Position numbers and translations under genes: made by a program. Shown in pieces: positions 47,249 through 56,328 of a DNA stretch of 64,000 nucleotides. The notes beneath the pieces are model-generated. The model was not told where the DNA came from, searched no databases, and saw nothing but the letters and a program-made list of their open reading frames with translations. The stretch comes from an uncultured Gammaproteobacteria bacterium. GTDB lineage: Bacteria; Patescibacteriota; Microgenomatia; Daviesbacterales; UBA10151. The stretch is from contig CAYMZD010000001.1 of NCBI GenBank assembly GCA_964394855.1, positions 120,107 through 184,106 on the forward strand, read 5' to 3'. Each line of letters opens with the position of its first letter. The first letter of the stretch is position 1.

Positions 47249-48490
47249 CTATAATTTTAACATATCTAACAATTCTTTTAAAGTCAAAAATTGGGTTTGC
47301 TTTTCAGATCTTTTTTTAATTTCCAGTTTACTTTGCTCCTCGAAGCCTTGGCGAAGTGGGGTCGTCTTTTTAGATATCACCACCCGATATGGAATTCCAA
47401 TTAAATCGCTATCTGCAAATTTTTCCCCGGCGCTAACCTGCCTATCATCAAACAAAACCTCCATCCCTTCGGCCTGCAATAATTTATATTCTCTTTCCCC
47501 CAATCCATCAAGCCCAACCAGATGCACCTGAAATGGTGCCACTGCCTCCGGCCAAATAATCCCTTTCTCATCATGATAAATCTCTACAAGCGCACCCATG
47601 GTCCGGGAAATTCCCAAACCATAACATCCAGCCGATACAATCTTTTTTTCACCATCTTTATCGGTAAACTTTAAGTCAAAAACCTCGGCATAAGCCCGTT
47701 TTAAAGGAAAGATATTTCCTACCTCAATGGCTTTTTCCATCTTTAAACTCCCTCCACAGTCCAAACACTTTTTATCCTCCACAATTTCCCGATTGGTGGT
47801 ACTGCCACACTCCTTGCATACCAAAACAATATCTTCACCCGAGGGAGTGAGAGTTTGAAATTCCTCTGATAAATCGGAAAATGTTCCTCCACTGGCTTTC
47901 GTCTTAACCACAGGTAGTTCTATACGTTTAAAAATTTTAAAGTAGGCTTCCCTCACCTTTTGGTAGTATTCATCTCGATCCTCATCGCTAGTATGAAAAC
48001 TATAAAGGTCCTTCATTAAAAATTCCCTGCCTCGCAGTATGCCGGCTTTGGCCCGCGGTTCATTTCTAAATTTCATCTGTATTTGATAAAGATAAAGCGG
48101 TAAATCTTTATATGATTGAATGTATTCGGAAAGGAGTGGATAAATTATCTCTTCGTGGGTGGGACCCAAAACTAGATCGGCTCCGGCAGCTCCTTTGAGT
48201 TTAAATAACACATCAAATGAGTTGAACCGACCGGTTTTTTTCCATGGTTCTCCGGGATGAAGCGCCGGCATTAAAACTTCCTGGCCCCCAATGGCATTCA
48301 TTTCCTCACGAACAATATCGGAAATCTTATCCAAGACTTTCCAACCTAAAGGTAAGTATGTATAAACCCCGGCCATTTCCTGATGGATAAAACCTGCCCT
48401 AATGAGTAGTTGATGATTCACCGATACTGTATCACTCGGAGCTTTCCTTAATGTTTTAGGAAAAGTTAAAGAATATTTCATACTTAACAT
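47249..48490 (-). CDS. proS: prolyl-tRNA synthetase (compact form without editing domain; contains an inserted Cys4 zinc ribbon)
   Basis: Class-II motifs ('YLPLGWKVL', 'FRNEPRAKAGILRGREF', 'GCYGLGISR') and insert 'CKECGSTT...CLDCGG'. Confidence 0.8.
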   Translation of the reverse strand: MLSMKYSLTFPKTLRKAPSDTVSVNHQLLIRAGFIHQEMAGVYTYLPLGWKVLDKISDIVREEMNAIGGQEVLMPALHPGEPWKKTGRFNSFDVLFKLKGAAGADLVLGPTHEEIIYPLLSEYIQSYKDLPLYLYQIQMKFRNEPRAKAGILRGREFLMKDLYSFHTSDEDRDEYYQKVREAYFKIFKRIELPVVKTKASGGTFSDLSEEFQTLTPSGEDIVLVCKECGSTTNREIVEDKKCLDCGGSLKMEKAIEVGNIFPLKRAYAEVFDLKFTDKDGEKKIVSAGCYGLGISRTMGALVEIYHDEKGIIWPEAVAPFQVHLVGLDGLGEREYKLLQAEGMEVLFDDRQVSAGEKFADSDLIGIPYRVVISKKTTPLRQGFEEQSKLEIKKRSEKQTQFLTLKELLDMLKL

Positions 48491-48510
48491 AGTTTAACAC
48501 TAAGGAAGAG

Positions 48511-49647
48511 TTAAGGAAATAATTTGCGGATGTCAGAAAAGGTTACCAACATCATTAAAGTTAGTAAAATTGCCATACCCACCGTATGAACCCATCTTTC
48601 CACATCTTGATGGACTCGTTTTCTGGTAATGGCCTCAATGAGGAGGAAAAATAATCTCCCCCCATCCAGAGCCGGAAAGGGTAAGATATTTAAAACAGCC
48701 AGATTAAGCGAGAGTAGTGCCATAAAATCTAAATAAGAAATGAGTGGATTTTGGCTTTGAGTCAAAATATCATTTACCAAAGAGGTAATCCCCACTGGCC
48801 CGGACACAGAATGAGATAATGGCTCTACGCTTTTAGCTTGAAAAGCTTGGCCTATTAATCTGCCAAAAATTTTGCCAGAATAAACCACAATATTGGTGGC
48901 ATGGATTGGGCCGGATAATATCTTTTGGGGGAGAGTTTGATATGCTAAATTGGCCAGCTGAAATTGAGCCAAACTTATCCCCAGCGGACCTTCTCCTTCC
49001 GGAGGATTTACTCTGGGAGTTACCACCACCATCCTAAATTTGGTTTTATCAGCATCAGATAGGGTCAGTTCCGTTTTTTCCGCGGACAAAGATTTGGTTT
49101 TATCTATTAAATCTTGAGCTGATTTGATAAATTCATTGTTTATGGCTATAACTCTTTCCCCATCTTTAATGCCTGCTATATCTGCGGGAGAGTTTTTGTT
49201 GATGCCTCGGACAATTACCACTACTTCATTTTGCTGATTTACTCCCCAAAAATTGTGTTCTAATAAAAGCGGCAGTTCTGTCTTAAAACCTCTAGCAAAA
49301 AGGGTGGCATAAAGTAATATCCAAGCCAAAATGAGGTTCATCACCACTCCAGCTACCACCACAGTGATTCTTTTTCCCACTGTTTGGGAAGCAAAAGAGC
49401 GCTTACTTTCTAAAACCTGCCGATCCGTTTCATCCTCTCCCAGCAGTTTGACAAACCCCCCAAAAGGTAACCAGTTTAGGGAAACCAAAGTTTCTCCTAT
49501 TTTTTTGCCCCAAGCACGAGGCGGTATGCCAAAACCAAATTCCTCCACCTTAATTCCAAACTTTTTAGCCAAGAGAAAATGTCCCAGCTCGTGGATAACT
49601 ACTAAAAATAAAAGGGTTAGTATAAATATTATAACGGTTATAATCAT
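48511..49647 (-). CDS. rseP: RseP-type site-2 protease (M50) with PDZ domain
   Basis: 'IHELGHFLLAKKFG' HExxH in TM1, PDZ, and distal 'LNLAVLNILPFPALDGG' motif. Confidence 0.8.
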   Translation of the reverse strand: MIITVIIFILTLLFLVVIHELGHFLLAKKFGIKVEEFGFGIPPRAWGKKIGETLVSLNWLPFGGFVKLLGEDETDRQVLESKRSFASQTVGKRITVVVAGVVMNLILAWILLYATLFARGFKTELPLLLEHNFWGVNQQNEVVVIVRGINKNSPADIAGIKDGERVIAINNEFIKSAQDLIDKTKSLSAEKTELTLSDADKTKFRMVVVTPRVNPPEGEGPLGISLAQFQLANLAYQTLPQKILSGPIHATNIVVYSGKIFGRLIGQAFQAKSVEPLSHSVSGPVGITSLVNDILTQSQNPLISYLDFMALLSLNLAVLNILPFPALDGGRLFFLLIEAITRKRVHQDVERWVHTVGMAILLTLMMLVTFSDIRKLFP

Positions 49648-49655
49648 TATAAAAA

Positions 49656-50210
49656 TTATATTTCTGTTAATTCTTCTTCTTTTGCCTTACCCAAACTATC
49701 TATTTCTTCCATATTTTTATCTATCAACTCCTGCAATAGCCTTTCCCTTCTAAAGAGTTCGTCTTCTCCAATTTCATCTCCCTCTTTTTGCCTTTCCCAA
49801 TTTTGCCTTGTATCTTGTCTTACTTGCCTTACTTGTACTCTTGCCTCCTCTTGTTTTTGGTGTACCACCTTCACAAACTCCTGCCTTCTTTCTTCTGTCA
49901 GGGGTGGAATGGGTAAACGGATTAAATTCCCTTCACCAGCGGGGTTTAACCCCAAGTTCGCTCCCTGGATGGCTTTAACTACATTATCTATAATAGACGC
50001 GTCCCACACTTGCACTGTTAAAAGTGAGGGTTGGGGAGCGCTAATAGTTCCTACTTCCACCAGTTTCATTTTTCCGCCGTATACATCAACTGGAATATTT
50101 TCCACCAAAGCGGGATTGGCCCGACCGGCCCGGATGGATGAAAGCTCCGTTTTGAAATGGTTTAAGGCGGTTTCTATTTTTTGATTTGGTTCAGTTAGAG
50201 TTGGATCCAT
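49656..50210 (-). CDS. frr: ribosome recycling factor
   Basis: 'FKTELSSIRAGRANPALVENIPVDVYG'. Confidence 0.9.
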   Translation of the reverse strand: MDPTLTEPNQKIETALNHFKTELSSIRAGRANPALVENIPVDVYGGKMKLVEVGTISAPQPSLLTVQVWDASIIDNVVKAIQGANLGLNPAGEGNLIRLPIPPLTEERRQEFVKVVHQKQEEARVQVRQVRQDTRQNWERQKEGDEIGEDELFRRERLLQELIDKNMEEIDSLGKAKEEELTEI

Positions 50211-50233
50211 CCTTCGACTCCGCTCGGGACAAG

Positions 50234-50683
50234 TTACCCTCCCAAGGCGATTCTTTCAAATCTTCCTATTTGAATATTTTCTCCCAGTTTTGCCACCACA
50301 GATTTTATCAAATTTTCCACACTCATTCCTTGATCCCTGATGTATTCTTGTTCCAGTAACTCTTCTACTGAAGATGGGTTCATGGAGGCCACTTGCAGGG
50401 AAATTTCATGAGCCAAATTTTTAAATTCTGCTGTTTTGGCCACAAAATCGGTTTCACAAAGAAGTTCTACCAAAACCCCTACTTTACCGCCATGGGAATA
50501 AACCTCTACTAACCCTGCCTTGACTTCCCTCTCGCTTTTTAAAGATGCCTTATCCAATCCTTTTTTCTTTAAAATTTCTTTAGCTTTTTCCATATCACCC
50601 TTTGCCTCTTCTAGAGCTGCCCTGCAATCGGCAATACCTGCCCCCGAATCTTGCCTTAGTTTCTTAATGTCTAGTAAGCTCAT
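50234..50683 (-). CDS. tsf: elongation factor Ts (short form)
   Basis: UBA-like N-terminus 'IKKLRQDSGAGIADCRAALEEAKGDMEKAKEILKKKG'. Confidence 0.8.
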   Translation of the reverse strand: MSLLDIKKLRQDSGAGIADCRAALEEAKGDMEKAKEILKKKGLDKASLKSEREVKAGLVEVYSHGGKVGVLVELLCETDFVAKTAEFKNLAHEISLQVASMNPSSVEELLEQEYIRDQGMSVENLIKSVVAKLGENIQIGRFERIALGG

Positions 50684-50690
50684 GTGTTGA

Positions 50691-51551
50691 TTATTCTACC
50701 ACCCTTTCTGCTTCTCTAACTTCTTCTTTTTCTACTATTTCTTCTACAGCAGCTACATCTTCAGCCATCTCCTTGGGAACCTCCTCTTCTTCTTTTTTGG
50801 CTTCATCTTTTAACCTTTTCTTCTCAACTTTTTCCGCCTCTTTACCAGCTAATTTCTGTCCCTCTTCATATGCTAGCGCTATAGTTTCTAGTATTATTTT
50901 AATAGATTTGATGGCATCATCGTTACCAGGAATTGGATAATCCATTAAACTGGGGTCGCAGTTGCTATCAGCAATGGCCACCACCATTACTCCTTTTCTT
51001 TGTGCTTCTTTTAAGGAAGTTACATCCCTGGCTCCATCCACTACAAATATAGCATCAGGTGTTTTTTCCAAATCCAAAACTCCGCCGTAATCTTGTGTCA
51101 GTTTTTGAATCGTTCGAGAAATTAACAGTTGCTCTTTTTTGGTATATTTGGCCAGCTCGCCTCGCTCTTTAGCTTCTGTCAGCTCTTTTAGTCTTTTGAT
51201 ATTTTTGGCAATCTCTTCAAAATTAGTTAAAAAACCTCCAATCCAGCGAGAAGTTAAATACGGTGCACCTAATTTTTGGGCCAGTTCTTTTGTTGGTTCC
51301 TGGGCTTGTTTTTTGGTACCTACAAAAAGTAAAGTTCCACCCCGTCTTCCCAAATCCCTCACATACTCACATGCTTCTCTTAAATATCTTTCCGATAAAG
51401 TCAAATCAATAATAGCCACCCCATCTCTGGCTCCATAAATAAAAGGTTTCATCCGGGGATGGCCACGGGAAACTTTGTGTCCAAAATGAACACCAGCTTC
51501 AAGTAATTGCTGCGGGCTTGGAATTTGCATAGTCTCTTTTTTCCTCCTCAC
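50691..51551 (-). CDS. rpsB: 30S ribosomal protein S2 with acidic/Lys-rich C-terminal tail
   Basis: 'LLEAGVHFGHKVSRGHPRMKPFIYGARDGVAIIDL'. Strong SD (GAGGAGG) upstream. Confidence 0.9.
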   Translation of the reverse strand: MRRKKETMQIPSPQQLLEAGVHFGHKVSRGHPRMKPFIYGARDGVAIIDLTLSERYLREACEYVRDLGRRGGTLLFVGTKKQAQEPTKELAQKLGAPYLTSRWIGGFLTNFEEIAKNIKRLKELTEAKERGELAKYTKKEQLLISRTIQKLTQDYGGVLDLEKTPDAIFVVDGARDVTSLKEAQRKGVMVVAIADSNCDPSLMDYPIPGNDDAIKSIKIILETIALAYEEGQKLAGKEAEKVEKKRLKDEAKKEEEEVPKEMAEDVAAVEEIVEKEEVREAERVVE

Positions 51552-51624
51552 AAGTTATGGTATCAGAGACTTTACCTCTTGCGAGTGTGTAATGGTGATA
51601 TTTTAAAGCTTTATGTTTTGAAAG

Positions 51625-51840
51625 TCAACGCCTGCCATCTCTAGGGAACCTGGGCATGTCTCTTTTGATAATATGGGCCTGTTCAACTGTTAATGGTAAT
51701 GGTACTACCACCAATCTTCTGGGTGAATAAACCATTGTATCTGGTAATCTTCCAGCTAACCGATTGACTCCTTTCCAGAACTTACTTCTTTCTTTATGCC
51801 CACCCTTATTACTGTAATGATCTCTTAATGTTTCTGTCAT
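51625..51840 (-). CDS. hypothetical small basic protein (doubtful)
   Basis: No SD. Overlaps a likely terminator hairpin of the upstream gene. Confidence 0.2.
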   Translation of the reverse strand: MTETLRDHYSNKGGHKERSKFWKGVNRLAGRLPDTMVYSPRRLVVVPLPLTVEQAHIIKRDMPRFPRDGRR

Positions 51841-51909
51841 TTTAATAAAAACTGCCCTTTTTAAAAAAGCAGTTACTTTTGTTTTACAAAATTTTTATGG
51901 ATTAGTCAA

Positions 51910-53706
51910 TTAGGAAAATCGTTCCTCGATTTCCGCTAATTTTCTCTGTATCCGCTTCATCGCTTCCATTCTTTCTAAGTTTTGACGCCTGTTAGTCATG
52001 TCCACAAACTGTTCACTACCTTGTTGAAGTGAGGCTAGAAATGGATAAATCTTTTGTGCCTGAATGGCCATATCTTGAGCCACAGTCCTATAACTAAAGT
52101 GGCCTTGGGGAATACTACGAAGTTCTGTCACCCAAATCCCCTCCCTTAAATCCATCCCCATATACCAACGCATATAATTAGCTAGGGTTGTTAAATATTG
52201 GGCTTCTTCGGAAAAATCTGGAGCCACCATATTATAAGCATACCCCATTTTTCCCATAGTTTCTGCAAATTCTCTTTCCAGCTTAATTGCCTCAAATTCA
52301 ACCGGCATATCATATCCAAACTCTGTGGTGTAGGCTTGTCTTTGTTGAGTAAGCATTCGCTGACGCTGCAAGTCTCGATAAATTCCAAAGTTTCCTAAAA
52401 TATCAAATACCAGCTCATATCCGGAGATTTCAAAGGCGCGGGGTGGTTTGTGACGACGATTAGTGCGCAGTCTTAAACTATCATGCAAGATATCTCCCAC
52501 TATACTTGGATCTGCCCCCCTCAATATATCAATTAATTGCCTTAAGGGTAAACGTGCATACGGATAAAGTAATCCTGCTGCAATATTAATTTCTGGATTT
52601 GGATCCATTTTGACTAATTCAACCCTGCTCGACTCATCCGGTTTTATCCCAGTTAAAAGTTCTTTTGCTCTTCGCTGCAGTGCAGCTTCAGTTTGCCTTA
52701 AATAGGTTTGATAAGCTTCACCTTTATCATTATCAATCACCTCAAAAAATTCTGGTAAAACTTTTTTTAACTGTACAGTTGCCCCACTAGCAATCATCTG
52801 CATTTCAGCCAATGGATGAGCCATCATCTTGGTCATTAAATAACCAAAGGCCCTGGCATTACCTGATTCTCCAATATTCGTCAGGGTGGAGGCTGGCAAA
52901 AGAACCCTTGCCACATCACAAGCTTTGGCACGAATTGATTGCCTATAAGCTGTTCTTGCAGCCCTAATTGAACGTTCATCCTTTAGATCTCCAAAAGGAA
53001 TTTGTGGTTTTTCTTCCAAATCCGATGATAAATCTGAAAATGATTGTGACTCAATAGGTATTTGCTTCTGGAAATAATTCTGCAGGGCGGCAAAACTTCT
53101 AGCGTACACTTCAAAACAAGCTCTGGAAGATTCAAGGTAAAGTTCTCTGTAGTCTGAATCCATTATCCTGGGATCTTTAAAAAAAGCATAATCTCCATCA
53201 GGACCTTTTTGGTCAAAAGCTACAAACCTGGTTGATTTCTCAATTGGCGAAATACCTATTCTAGCATCTTCAATTACTTTAGCTGCGGGTTGAGAAACTC
53301 TATTTAGAAACAGTTTTACTCCACCCATTTCATAAACCGAATCATCCCCGTATTGATTAAGCACTCTCTCTGCCATACTCCTTGCTCTACGATAGTCGAA
53401 TATCACTCTTAAAGCTTCCATTCCTCCATCAATGACCTCCCAGGGAATATCTTTTTTATGAGCCACAAATTCCCGCCAGATCAGTTGCCGGGCAGATAAA
53501 TCTGTTCTTGAATATCTTGCTATAATTAAGGCTGCATAAAGTTCTGGTACATATGGAGTAAACGCATAAAAAGGTCCGTCTGGATCAGTCACAAAATGCT
53601 CAATAGCTACTCTGGCAGCAGTTTCTTCCTCTGGATCTCCGGAAAAACTTAATTGTTCTTTGATTGGAGGATTATAAAATTTGGCTCTTTCTACGAGTTC
53701 GTTCAT
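51910..53706 (-). CDS. ThyX-like flavin-dependent thymidylate synthase, atypically long (about 598 aa from the Met right after the tmk stop)
   Basis: 'RRHKPPRAFEISGYE' resembles the ThyX RHRx7S signature (T. maritima 'RHRIASYNELSGRY'). 'IARYSRTDLSARQ' resembles the first ThyX motif. Sits directly downstream of tmk and dcd. Confidence 0.4.
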   Translation of the reverse strand: MNELVERAKFYNPPIKEQLSFSGDPEEETAARVAIEHFVTDPDGPFYAFTPYVPELYAALIIARYSRTDLSARQLIWREFVAHKKDIPWEVIDGGMEALRVIFDYRRARSMAERVLNQYGDDSVYEMGGVKLFLNRVSQPAAKVIEDARIGISPIEKSTRFVAFDQKGPDGDYAFFKDPRIMDSDYRELYLESSRACFEVYARSFAALQNYFQKQIPIESQSFSDLSSDLEEKPQIPFGDLKDERSIRAARTAYRQSIRAKACDVARVLLPASTLTNIGESGNARAFGYLMTKMMAHPLAEMQMIASGATVQLKKVLPEFFEVIDNDKGEAYQTYLRQTEAALQRRAKELLTGIKPDESSRVELVKMDPNPEINIAAGLLYPYARLPLRQLIDILRGADPSIVGDILHDSLRLRTNRRHKPPRAFEISGYELVFDILGNFGIYRDLQRQRMLTQQRQAYTTEFGYDMPVEFEAIKLEREFAETMGKMGYAYNMVAPDFSEEAQYLTTLANYMRWYMGMDLREGIWVTELRSIPQGHFSYRTVAQDMAIQAQKIYPFLASLQQGSEQFVDMTNRRQNLERMEAMKRIQRKLAEIEERFS

Positions 53707-53708
53707 TT

Positions 53709-54365
53709 TTATTCTTTTCCCTTTAAAATAAGGTTGGGCTTTATCAAGGTAACAATTTTTTGATGTATTTCTTCCGGTGTTAAAGTTCCATCCAATAAAG
53801 CTACTGTCCAAGCATGATCCTCTTTATATTTTAAATATCCCTCTCTGACCTTTATGGCAAATTCTAAACCTTGTTCTTCATAAATAAGATCTTGCCCAAC
53901 ATTATCAACATTTCCTCTCCTTCTAAAACTTTCCTCTGCCGGAATATCTAAAATTACCAGCAGATCCAGCCTACAACCACTTAGGGTAACAACTTTCTGG
54001 CCTAAAACTTTCAAGAATTCTGCATCTACACCCTGAACATATCCTTGATAGACCCAAGTTGATGGTTCAAAACGATCAGTTATAACAGTAATTCCCGCTT
54101 CCAAATTTGGTTTAACCACTTGACTAAGAAATTCTTGTCTGGCTGCATAAAAAAGGAGTGCTTGAGTATCCGGACTCATTATTTCCTCTCTTGGTTTTAA
54201 AAGCACTTGCCTAATTTCTTCCCCCACCTCTGTACCACCGGGTTCTCTGGTCTGGATCACTTCGAGGCCCCTACCTTCCAGATATTGAGCCAATAACCCT
54301 GCCTGGGTAGTTTTCCCACAATTGTCAATCCCTTCTAAAACAACGAATAATCCTTTTTCAACCAT
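53709..54365 (-). CDS. tmk: thymidylate kinase
   Basis: P-loop 'FVVLEGIDNCGKTTQ', 'TREPGGT', and the DRF-type 'TDRFEPS' motif. Confidence 0.85.
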   Translation of the reverse strand: MVEKGLFVVLEGIDNCGKTTQAGLLAQYLEGRGLEVIQTREPGGTEVGEEIRQVLLKPREEIMSPDTQALLFYAARQEFLSQVVKPNLEAGITVITDRFEPSTWVYQGYVQGVDAEFLKVLGQKVVTLSGCRLDLLVILDIPAEESFRRRGNVDNVGQDLIYEEQGLEFAIKVREGYLKYKEDHAWTVALLDGTLTPEEIHQKIVTLIKPNLILKGKE

Positions 54366-55194
54366 TTAAGAACTCCTTTATAAAAACTTCTGTCCAAGAC
54401 TCAACTGAAATCATTGGATCTGCCATATACTTTTCCAGTGTTGCTAGTGTATCTTTAAACGGAATCCACCAGACAGTTCTCACCTCTCTTAAAGCAAATC
54501 TTAATTCAGTGATAGAAGAAGGGTCAAGTTCAATCATCACTGGTAGACCAAGATGAACCCAACCTACTTGGACTTTATCAGCAGGATTGGTGACTCTATT
54601 ATCTAAAAAGGCTCCCGAAAGCCTTACTCCTTTAATATCATGGGGCTTAATCCCTAACTCTTCTTCTACTTCTGCGAATAAACCTCTGGATGGTCCTAGC
54701 GCGCGCTCCAAGAATCTTTGTAAACCGGGAACTAGTGGTGAAAGCATCAGCTGTTCTGGTGGAGTTAAATGAATATCTTCTTCTGTTTTATGTCCTCCAA
54801 AACCAATGGAGTATTTTCCCAGCAATCTTTCGTCTCCCAAAAGTTCTGGTGGAATAGTAGCAGTAGTTTGACTACCAGCTCTTTGATACCAAAGCAGTCT
54901 ATCATTAGCTAAAATGGCGGCATAAAAAATGACCTGTTTTTTGGTGGGATCTTCTTCTAAAAAAGAACGCTGTCCCACCTCTCCATAATCTGCAATAGCC
55001 GTTAAAACCGGTGTGACATCTTTTGCCACCAAAATATCTGGTAAAACAGTGGCTGGTTGAAATTGACAGCTTTCCAATCTCTCGGCCGGAACAAAGAGTG
55101 CAGTTCTACTTGATCTAGGCTTATTTTTTCCAGGAGAAATAGGATCTGCTCCATCAGGCAGGGGAATTTTAATTACTCCAAATTCTTGTTCCAT
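54358..55194 (-). CDS. hypothetical protein (degenerate Nudix-like box?)
   Basis: 'GLQRFLE...AEVEEELGI' loosely resembles Gx5Ex7REUxEExGU with a longer spacer and R replaced by A. Sits between dcd and tmk. Confidence 0.3.
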   Translation of the reverse strand: MEQEFGVIKIPLPDGADPISPGKNKPRSSRTALFVPAERLESCQFQPATVLPDILVAKDVTPVLTAIADYGEVGQRSFLEEDPTKKQVIFYAAILANDRLLWYQRAGSQTTATIPPELLGDERLLGKYSIGFGGHKTEEDIHLTPPEQLMLSPLVPGLQRFLERALGPSRGLFAEVEEELGIKPHDIKGVRLSGAFLDNRVTNPADKVQVGWVHLGLPVMIELDPSSITELRFALREVRTVWWIPFKDTLATLEKYMADPMISVESWTEVFIKEFLNG

Positions 55195-55199
55195 TATTC

Positions 55200-55901
55200 T
55201 TATATTTTTTTTAACCTGGGCAACATATTTTCTGGTCCCCAGCTAGCCTTAACTTCTTCCAAGGTTTTTCCTTGTTGATAACTTCCCTTGACATAATATT
55301 GAGTTGTTTCCTCTGGTGAGACCGCAAAAAAAACGATCTGGGCAATGGGCTGACCCACACAAAGTACTATCCATTCTTGGGAAAGTTTATTATGTATCTC
55401 CATTGTCCAGCGGTTAATAAAACCCACATCACCCCAACCGGCATCACCACACACAGATAAAAATACCCTTCCCCAAGTAGACCGGGCTTGCATGGTGGTA
55501 GTAATTAAATCTTTTCCCCCAATAAATTCTTCAGTATGAGCCAGTATGGTCTCATTTGGTCTAAGTATAATAACCCGATCATCTAAATCAAGCCCATTAA
55601 AATCTTTCTCCACCGCATAATCTTTAAATGGGCCCTCTTCTAGGTGCCACCTAATTGTACTTGCTCGCCATGGTCCATTCCAAAGCTTACGAATATGGTC
55701 TGGGTTAAATGGATTAATTAGGCGGATTCCAGGATGTTCTGCTGGTGTAACCCAGAAATGTTCACCCAGGCCAACATCATAGCTTGAGGTTTGCACTCTT
55801 TCTTGCCTAAAAGGATCAATCACCACCAGTCCAGCCTCTCTGGCCCTTCTAATTCCTTCACCCGATAGAACTGAATGTGGAAATCCCGAAACTGTTTCCA
55901 T
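55200..55901 (-). CDS. dcd: dCTP deaminase / dUTPase-superfamily protein
   Basis: 'GLVVIDPFRQERVQTSSYDVGLGEHF' matches the Dcd N-terminus. 'ARSTWGRVFL', 'GDAGWGD' and 'TMEIHN' match Dcd catalytic segments. Confidence 0.7.
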   Translation of the reverse strand: METVSGFPHSVLSGEGIRRAREAGLVVIDPFRQERVQTSSYDVGLGEHFWVTPAEHPGIRLINPFNPDHIRKLWNGPWRASTIRWHLEEGPFKDYAVEKDFNGLDLDDRVIILRPNETILAHTEEFIGGKDLITTTMQARSTWGRVFLSVCGDAGWGDVGFINRWTMEIHNKLSQEWIVLCVGQPIAQIVFFAVSPEETTQYYVKGSYQQGKTLEEVKASWGPENMLPRLKKI

Positions 55902-55950
55902 AGATTTTAAATTTATACAACTTATAAAAATTTTTCAAGAGGGCAGATTT

Positions 55951-56265
55951 TTATCTGGCAGAAACTTCCCTGTAGGCTACAGAGTTAGCATAAGTTCTTA
56001 AATCAAAATCCGCCCCTCCAACTAACTTGGTCAATCTTTCCAAATCTGCACCTGAAATTTGTCCCTTCTGGTGGAGCGCTTTAATCTCTGTTATAGTATC
56101 ATGAACCCTTGTTGCCAAATTTCCCACCGTCTCAATTGCTAACATTTCTTCTCTGGTTAATCTGCGCCTGGATATTTCTAACCCATCACCACTCGGTTCC
56201 TCAATAGGACCCAGTCCATTACAATTAATAACTGACCCTCTTCTTTCTGGGGTTACTGGATTCAT
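55951..56265 (-). CDS. hypothetical protein
   Basis: 104-aa ORF with no motif. Confidence 0.3.
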   Translation of the reverse strand: MNPVTPERRGSVINCNGLGPIEEPSGDGLEISRRRLTREEMLAIETVGNLATRVHDTITEIKALHQKGQISGADLERLTKLVGGADFDLRTYANSVAYREVSAR

Positions 56266-56328
56266 TTTAATAAGGGAAATCCTTCGACTGCGCTTAAGGA
56301 CAAGTTTTTGAGGCCCTCTTTATATTTA

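Noticed and set aside
51841-51909. Hairpin aactgc...gcagtt followed by a T-run on the minus strand, as a thyX terminator
   Set aside because: The stem is short and AT-rich with an irregular loop. Plausible but too weak to call as a feature. It also conflicts with the doubtful small ORF at 51625..51840.
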